Of a stretch of 64,000 nucleotides of DNA, positions 56,197 through 64,000 are shown piece by piece. Below the pieces are notes generated by a model. The model saw only the letters and a program-made list of their open reading frames with translations. It searched no databases and was not told where the DNA came from. Location: contig CM022667.1 in assembly GCA_012295275.1 (NCBI GenBank), forward strand, positions 7,750,001-7,814,000. Reading direction: 5' to 3'. This DNA is from Chrysomallon squamiferum. Its lineage: Eukaryota; Animalia; Mollusca. The translations under genes and the position numbers were made by a program. The stretch's first letter is position 1. Every line of letters starts with the position of its first letter.

Positions 56197-57465
56197 AACA
56201 TTTTCTCACACTTATTTATGAAGCTGTCTTTGACAAACAGTTCTGTATAAAGCAAGAACAGATTTAACAAAAATAATTACTTTGCGTTTCGTTTCATCTC
56301 GGGAAGAACAACACAACAAGTTTCAATTGTTCCAGTAATCATGTTGTTTCAGTCAAATCACATTTTCTTCATCTTTGCTGTGAGAGTTTCACTTTTACAG
56401 TCTAACAAAAGATGATGATACTTCAACACCGAATATAACTAGAATTTGTGTTAGTAGTAGTAGTAGTATTGTAATATTATTCTTCTGTTTGTTTTTTATT
56501 TTGATTTTTATCCTCCTCCGCCTCATCATCATCATCATCATCATCATCGTTATTATCATCATCATCATCATTATTATTATTATTATTATTATTATTAAAG
56601 ACAGTTAAAGATAATTAACCATACATATCTACTTATTAATTTTTTCAGAAATGACTATTAAATATAAGAAATTTCGTTAAATGAATTACTCTCTGACTAC
56701 GCGTTCTGTTGTTTGAGATGATAGTACGGATACGCAAATATGAATATGCAAAAAGCAGATATATAAATATTCATAACCAAACACGTATAAATCATTTTAA
56801 AAAGTGTTTATATAAACATGTATGAAAACACGCGTAAATAGTGACAGAGTGCATGTTAATTTAATACACTACATTACATGCGTACTTATTGAGTTCTACA
56901 ACAACACACACTGCAGCAACTACGGCGACGACAGTTTTCACATGAACCGAGTCACATGTCAACACGCAGAGAGCTGCAGACGGCAACCTGATGCCGAAAC
57001 GTGAAAGAAAAAACAAATCAGATTTAAATAAAAATAAAAAAAAGAGAGAAAGTCTATTGTTTCACCTGTGGTTCATTACAGAATGGAACAAGTGAAATAA
57101 TCGCTAGCGGAAAACCATGTCTTTTAAAGGGTTAACCTTCACAGTGCGCTCTGTTTTCATGGTCGTTTCTGCGCGCGCACTTTGGCGCGACATCTGTGAC
57201 ACACATGGCCGCATGCGCAGCAGTCGCTGGTGAAACGAACGAGGCAAAACAAGTGTTAAAACACGACCCGATAAAAAGAAATAAAACTTAAAAGTTCAGG
57301 TAATCATCAACAAACACAAATGTGTGTTTGAGGGTGGGAATCGTTTGTGTGTATAAAACTGACGATGTAAAACACATTTTATATACGTTTACTTAGTGTT
57401 ATATATATATGCGCAAATCGTAATCAAGTTTTTTTTTTTTGTTATTCTTGTAAAACTGTAAAAAA

Positions 57466-57517
<52 letters not shown>

Positions 57518-58048
57518 TAAAAAAATAAAATAATAAAAATACCATGACTACTTATGCTATTGCTGCTACTACTATTGCCACTGCAACCACTACTACTGCT
57601 ACTTGTACTACAACAACAACTACTACTACTACTACTAATAATAATGTATTTGTACGTGTATGTGTATCTTTAGACAAAGGATTTATTTTTTTTTTTTTTT
57701 CGTAAATGTCATTTTCAATAATTTCACTGAAGTAATGTTTACAAGTAACAGATCTAATAATTGAAACATTGTTGCTGAAACTAATCTTACACGGAAATCT
57801 AGGTGTACGACAATGAAAATAAGAAAGAAAATATGGCAGTAATATTGAGAAATGAAGGAGTAACATGAACTTTCTATCACATGGTCTACTCTCGGCTGGA
57901 AAGTATTTAATATACGTTTATAGCGACCGACAAAATCCATCATACATGTTCCCACGGTAACCATTTTCGTCGTGTTCTCGTTGACCTTGTTTGACCCTTC
58001 TTCAGCTGAGCAGAAATCATGGTCATCTTTAACTGTTTACAGAGCAGC

Positions 58049-58149
<101 letters not shown>

Positions 58150-58927
58150 GAATTATAAGATCACAGAAGGCAAATCTATAAAATTTGTAATTAATAGTTT
58201 ATTTTTTTTGTCAGTCAAATATTTACGTCTGCACCACTATACAACCATTAAAGATTTTGTTAGATATTAAACAAGGCATATTTTAATGTCATTAATTACG
58301 AAATTCTCTTTCTTCTTCTTTTTAATAAGAAAAGATGTTCGTTGGTACATACACAGTCTAAACACATCACTGGGTATGGACTGAAATGGGAAATTGCTTC
58401 GTTGTGTCGAATGAACGAGCGAGCTGTGAAATGAATGTTACAATCACTAAATTTTAAACCATTTTTGTCTTTCTTTCTTGTCTTTTTTTTTTTTTTTTTT
58501 TTTTTTTCTTTTTAACGTAGAAATCAGAGAAAACACGATATAGGCGGTCTCAGAACGAAGTGTGTTTATTTTCACACAACAACTGTTTGTTTCAGCGACA
58601 AACTAGATCGATTCATCAGGAAATCTGTCTTCCTGACGCGAATTTAAATTGTAGTATGTGTGCAGCACGTGCTACTTCGTGCTGGTGACGTCATAAACCG
58701 GAAATCTGCAAGCGTTTAGTGGAGAAAGGCTAGAAGCGGATGGAATATGTTTGATATTGGTTTTCTTTATTCAAATACACATTTGTCTGTGTATTTATAA
58801 ATAAGCTTAATGATACAAATATCGCTCGTAACATTTTCTTTAGATTTTTTTTTTTTTTTTCATTCTTCAATAAACACTGTTACTTATTGTAAACTATAAA
58901 TTTAAATAAATTAACAATACCGTAATA

Positions 58928-58959
<32 letters not shown>

Positions 58960-59891
58960 CAACAACAACAACAGTATCAACCGGAATAATAATTGTTTTT
59001 TTTACAATTGAGGATCCCCTATCCAAAATTCAAATGAACAGATAAACAAAATAACAACACAAATAATTAAGCAAAAATAATGATAATAAATAAATAAATA
59101 ATAACAACAGTAATAATAATAATGATAATAATGACGATCATCATCATCATTACCACTGTGGTTCTTGTTGTTTAATTATTCTTTTTCAGTGTAATTCTTT
59201 TTTCTTTCTATCGCTCTTTTTTCTTTTTCTTTTATTTAGTTTTTAATCTGATTTAATTTTATTTTTTGAATTAGTACATACATACACCAGAAAGAGAAAA
59301 AGAAGTGGTTTTGCTTCTCTTTATTTCTTTTAATAAGTGTACAGAACGTTCAAAACGATTTTTATTTTTTTTCAAATTACACAGATTAATATTTTTTTTT
59401 TTTTTTTTTTTTTACAAAAGTATAAATATAGGAAATATTCACCCGACTTATCTCGAACACAGAGAATACAAAAATAATGAAATCCGTGTTGAGAGTGATG
59501 TTCACGAGGATGTTTCTGACTCCTCTAGCGAAGTGTTTGAATCGTTGTGCAATGTTCAAAATGTCAGACATCGTTCACGCGAAGGTTATTAGTCTTGTGT
59601 GAACGTGTATTTCACCACAGTGCGCCGTCCACAAAATCCTCCTCAGAAAGAACGAAATCTCACTCTCCGCCATCTTGTCTTCGTTACGGCGTCTTTTCGT
59701 TTCGTGTTGATTTTTCCTGTTTTGAATTAAGACTGTTATTTCTCTGTGTTTCGCTGTCAGGGCTGTGTTTGATAGCAATAACAGAAGATATGACGAGTAT
59801 GCGTTTCCAGAGTATGAACATGCCGATTTCATTTTGATTTGTAGCCAAACAATTTCAACTGTCAAAATAAGGCGCTGTGAACGTTTTAACC

Positions 59892-59991
<100 letters not shown>

Positions 59992-60723
59992 ATATATTAT
60001 AAAACAACAGTGATTTTATGTTTACTAATATTAAATGATATATCACGTGTAATTTTATCAATTTAAAATTCTCTGATTTTGAAAACATATACAGAGAGAC
60101 ATGCTGTGATAATATTGAGCAGAAAATCATTAATGATGTAATTCAGTTTTCAGTATTTTTAAAAATAAAAACGGAACATTTTTACCTTCTTGATGTTTTT
60201 CAAATAACCGTCATCCCAAAATAACAGAAAAGAAATATATAACAATGTATTTGATTAAAGTAATAAAAGTATTTTTAATAATAAAAGATAGAAAACAATG
60301 TTATTACTTCAATGATAAATTATTGATTTTTTAAACCTTTCTACAATACTGATTTTTTTTAAAACAAAAATATAACTGATTAAATGAAATATGTGTTAAG
60401 AAATAAAATTACGAAAAGTTGTTTTATTTACTTACAGATTTGTTTTCTTTTGAATTTCTTGCAAATTATTGTAAATGGTTCCGTTTTAAAAAACGAAAAA
60501 GAATTATGAAACATTTATTTAGAACGAAAATATCTAAAACGAAAAAAAAATAATCAAATTACTTTATAATTACACCGAATTTAAAAAACTAAATTATGAT
60601 ACTTTTTGTGCAGTTTTGTATTAAAGATAAATTATCTTTAAAAATTATAATAAAAAATGTATATTTTGTAGAAGTAGTGATAGTAGTAGCAGTAGCAGTA
60701 GTAGTAGTAGTAGTAGTAGTAGT

Positions 60724-60773
<50 letters not shown>

Positions 60774-61510
60774 TATTATTATTATTTATTTACTAAAATA
60801 AATAAAATGCGGCTCAGTTTGATTTTTTAGAACGACGCTTTACTGAGAATTCACACCAAACTGTATCGTTTTTAAATAAAAACTTTTTCTCATTTCGTTG
60901 AGTTTCATCGCCTCAAAGGATAGAGAAAGAACCCCGAGTAATTACAGCTTTTTAAAAACAAAGCTATTAACGAGTAGTCACTGTCAACAAATTACCTAAT
61001 AATATCACCCTGACCAGCGAGTCGGGGCGATGCAGTTAGTAATTAACACAGCACAGAACAAAAATTACAACAAAAAACCACAAAAACAGCGTGTTAATGT
61101 TCCTCTGTTCGCGCCCGGGTTTTGCTAACAGTGATTAAGATAAAATTTATTCCTGACAACAGTTATTACGTAGTCATTGTGTCTTCAATACCCGCCACGA
61201 CAGAATTGGCGGGAAAGTCACTCATTAACGTCTGCCATGCACGCGACTTGCAACAGTATCACGTGCGCAGATGTCTGACGTGTGTAGTCTGAAGGCGTGG
61301 CTAATCTGTCATTAAATGTCAACTAGTCAGTGACTACAAGAGAAGCGTCTTCACAAAACAGATTCACAAAGCAATTTTCTCTCCTCCTCGGGGCTCACAA
61401 ATTACTCAGTCTGTCAATGACATTTGTGACAGTCTACAGTAGAAATGTTGTCACCTCAGGCGTGATTAAAATGAGATAATTATTTTTGTTTATCGGAGAG
61501 CATCCCTTTC

Positions 61511-61687
<177 letters not shown>

Positions 61688-61895
61688 GTCTGTCTCTCTC
61701 TGTCTCTGTCTCTCTCTGTCTCTGTCTCACTCTCTCTCTCTCTCTGTCTCTCTGTCTCTCTCTCTCTCTGAACATATGATAGTATTGCTGTTAAGCATAT
61801 TTCTTTTTTTTTTCATTCATTTTTTGTTTCTTTTCTGTTCTTTCTTAATTTATTTATTTATTCATTCATTCATTCATTCATTCATATTCTTTCAG

Positions 61896-62099
61896 ATCCA
61901 CAGATTTGGAGTTCATGGCACGTGCAGCAGTGGATCGAGTGGGTGTCGCGGGAGTACGCACTTCGTACAGTGGACAGGGGGCGCTTTCTGCACGTAGACG
62001 GCAGACAGCTTTGTCGTATGTCACGTGACGACCTCTGTCGTCTGGTGGGACCGTACGAAGCGGAAGTGCTTCTTACACATTTAAATTACTTACGTCAAG
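61896..62099 (+). CDS. Gene C exon: Pointed (SAM_PNT) domain, ERG/FLI type
   Basis: attctttcag|AT CCA CAG ATT TGG...CGT CAA G|gtaaaa. 204 nt, phase 1-1. DPQIWSSWHVQQWIEWVSREYAL..F..VDGRQLCRMSRDDL..LV..Y.AEVLLTHLNYLRQ aligns by eye with the ERG/FLI1 PNT domain. Confidence 0.96.
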
Positions 62100-62279
62100 G
62101 TAAAACCAGATTTTGTTTAGCTTTATATTATTTCTTTATTTCTTTATAAGTTCATTTTATAATTTATTATTATTATTATCATCATCATCATCATCATGGT
62201 CGTTAATACTGTTGAGCTTGTTCTCTTTTTATTTCTTTATTTGTTTCTTTTGTTTTGTGTTATTTATTAAATTTGTTTA

Positions 62280-62321
<42 letters not shown>

Positions 62322-62554
62322 CTTTAAATCTTATTCATACGGTATGATTTCGAATTACAATAAATATATAGGTGTAAATATTTAATAAAAAGAAATGAAA
62401 ATTAAACACATTTAAATAAAAAAAAAGAGTAGAGAAGAAAGAAAGGAAAAGAGACAAGCAGAGAAAGAAATGCGATTTTAGTAATTATGATTATCTTTAT
62501 TATAAGTGGTGACTGAAACGAGGCTAGTTAATTATAATAATTTATTCAAAGCAG

Positions 62555-62671
62555 CACGGATTCCTGGTCTGACGCTGGACAGAGATCGTTCTGTCAGCTG
62601 CACGTCTCCGGGGGCCTCGCACGGGGCGTGGCCATATCCGCCAGTCAGTGGAATAGAGGGCGTGGCTCCAG
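62555..62671 (+). CDS. Gene C internal exon (117 or 120 nt): (A)RIPGLTLDRDRSVSCTSPGASHGAWPYPPVSGIEGVAP(E)
   Basis: GC-rich open frame. Tandem acceptor aag/cag at 62551/62554, donor CCA G|gtcagg, phase 1-1. Confidence 0.75.
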
Positions 62672-62712
62672 GTCAGGCGTCTCCGTCTTTGTATTAATCA
62701 AGAAATTCTTAA

Positions 62713-62750
<38 letters not shown>

Positions 62751-62921
62751 TGATAATGATAATAATAATGATAATAATAATAATAACAAAAACAACCAGT
62801 TAAAACATATAAATTATGATGACATAGAATCGCACATGCGCACAAAATTACAAATGAGTTTTGATTATTTCTTAATTTGCATTGCTTATTTTTTATTATT
62901 GTAATTTCTTTTCTCTTTTAG

Positions 62922-62966
62922 AATCTGACTTCTCTAAAGCTTCATGGTTATCACAGTCAAGTTCAG
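62922..62966 (+). CDS. Gene C internal exon (45 nt): (E)SDFSKASWLSQSSS(G)
   Basis: tttctcttttag|AATCTGAC...TCAG|gtaagt. Phase 1-1; homologous to the gene A 60-nt exon. Confidence 0.87.
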
Positions 62967-63073
62967 GTAAGTGTGTTATTTAATTATTGTCGTAGTTGTT
63001 GTTATCGCCGTCGTTTTCGTAGCTCTAATTCCTGTCAGAGTAATACACTTTACTAACAAAATAGGAATTTTAA

Positions 63074-63163
<90 letters not shown>

Positions 63164-63200
63164 TTATTTATTTATTTATTTATTATGATTTTTTTTTAAG

Positions 63201-63275
63201 GTTGTAATCCATGCGGCTTTCCCCCTTACACCCCTAAAGGAACAATGGAATCGTCGAGTGAATGGAGGACACAAG
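63201..63275 (+). CDS. Gene C internal exon (75 nt): (G)CNPCGFPPYTPKGTMESSSEWRTQ(D)
   Basis: ttttttttaag|GTTGTAAT...ACACAAG|gtgtgt. Phase 1-1; same length and G.PP...K.......WR.Q pattern as gene A exon 12968-13042. Confidence 0.83.
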
Positions 63276-63791
63276 GTGTGTATGGAAAATATAATTAATC
63301 AAAAAATCATTTAAAAAATCAGAGACATGCTTAATTAATTAATTAATTAACAAATAAACCTACAAACAAGCAAATAACAAACGAACAGACAAATAAATCA
63401 ATAAAAACAAACAAACAAACAAATAAATCAATATTTGAAAGAGTTCCGAAATAGGTTAGTCACAACAGCGAAGTAAGCACGTTTCACTTACAACCAGGGT
63501 CTGACATTCACTGAAATGATCATGAAGATTCCCTGAGAATGTCTACACAGAAAAAAGGATTTATTTTTATTTTTATTAATTACCTGTATATCTGACGTGA
63601 AGCTGTAAGACAATCCGATAAAGATTTGCAATTTAAAAAACAAAACGAAACAAAAAACACAACATGGGATAGTGTTACACCCCATTTCCCTTCAAATCCA
63701 ATCTTTTAGATGTTAACTGTTTTCAAGAGTGAAGTGTGGAATGGGAGAAATGGAAAACGTGACGTTGATTTTGTTATTTGAATATTTTCAG

Positions 63792-63839
63792 ATCCGTACA
63801 AGCTGTTTGGTCATCTGTCGAGTCGGCTGTGCAATGCAG
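63792..63839 (+). CDS. Gene C internal exon (48 nt): (D)PYKLFGHLSSRLCNA(G), the pre-ETS exon; the gene continues beyond the window
   Basis: attttcag|ATCCGTAC...AATGCAG|gtaagt. Matches ERG/FLI 'DPYQILGPTSSRLANPG', which immediately precedes SGQIQLWQ. Confidence 0.94.
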
Positions 63840-64000
63840 GTAAGTGAGTTGAAATACACAAACTTAAACATTCATTTAAAACTATAAATACACATTCAGT
63901 GTCTGAACAGTACACGTGTTCTCTTTACACTGCTTTCACAGAGGGAATAAGTCTTTTAACCTTCGCAGTTAGGATACCTGTGGCCTATTTAAAAAAAAAA

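Overview
AT-rich, microsatellite-dense eukaryotic (animal) genomic DNA, probably an invertebrate and possibly a mollusc (inference only). There are no prokaryotic features, and almost all ORFs in the supplied track are simple-repeat artefacts. Three spliced genes can be built by hand from GT-AG signals and protein motifs. (A) Minus strand, 6797-17931: an ERG/FLI1-type ETS transcription factor (4 coding exons, about 251 aa), with no Pointed domain found and no conserved 'DPY..SSRL' pre-ETS exon found. (B) Plus strand, 39754-43886: a complete 5-exon, about 256-aa type I membrane protein (signal peptide, CUB-like, LDLa, TM, cytoplasmic YxxPhi/PPY). (C) Plus strand, from 52930 to beyond the window end: a second ERG/FLI-family paralog with a Pointed/SAM domain and the DPY exon; its ETS exon must lie past 64000. 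A and C are divergently oriented paralogs with exon-by-exon homology, and B lies between them. The intergenic and intronic DNA holds several minisatellites (22, 31/38, 40, 51/46, 59, ~69, ~72 bp units), CpG-rich non-coding islands with ETS/CRE/E-box motifs, and a few cryptic exon candidates.
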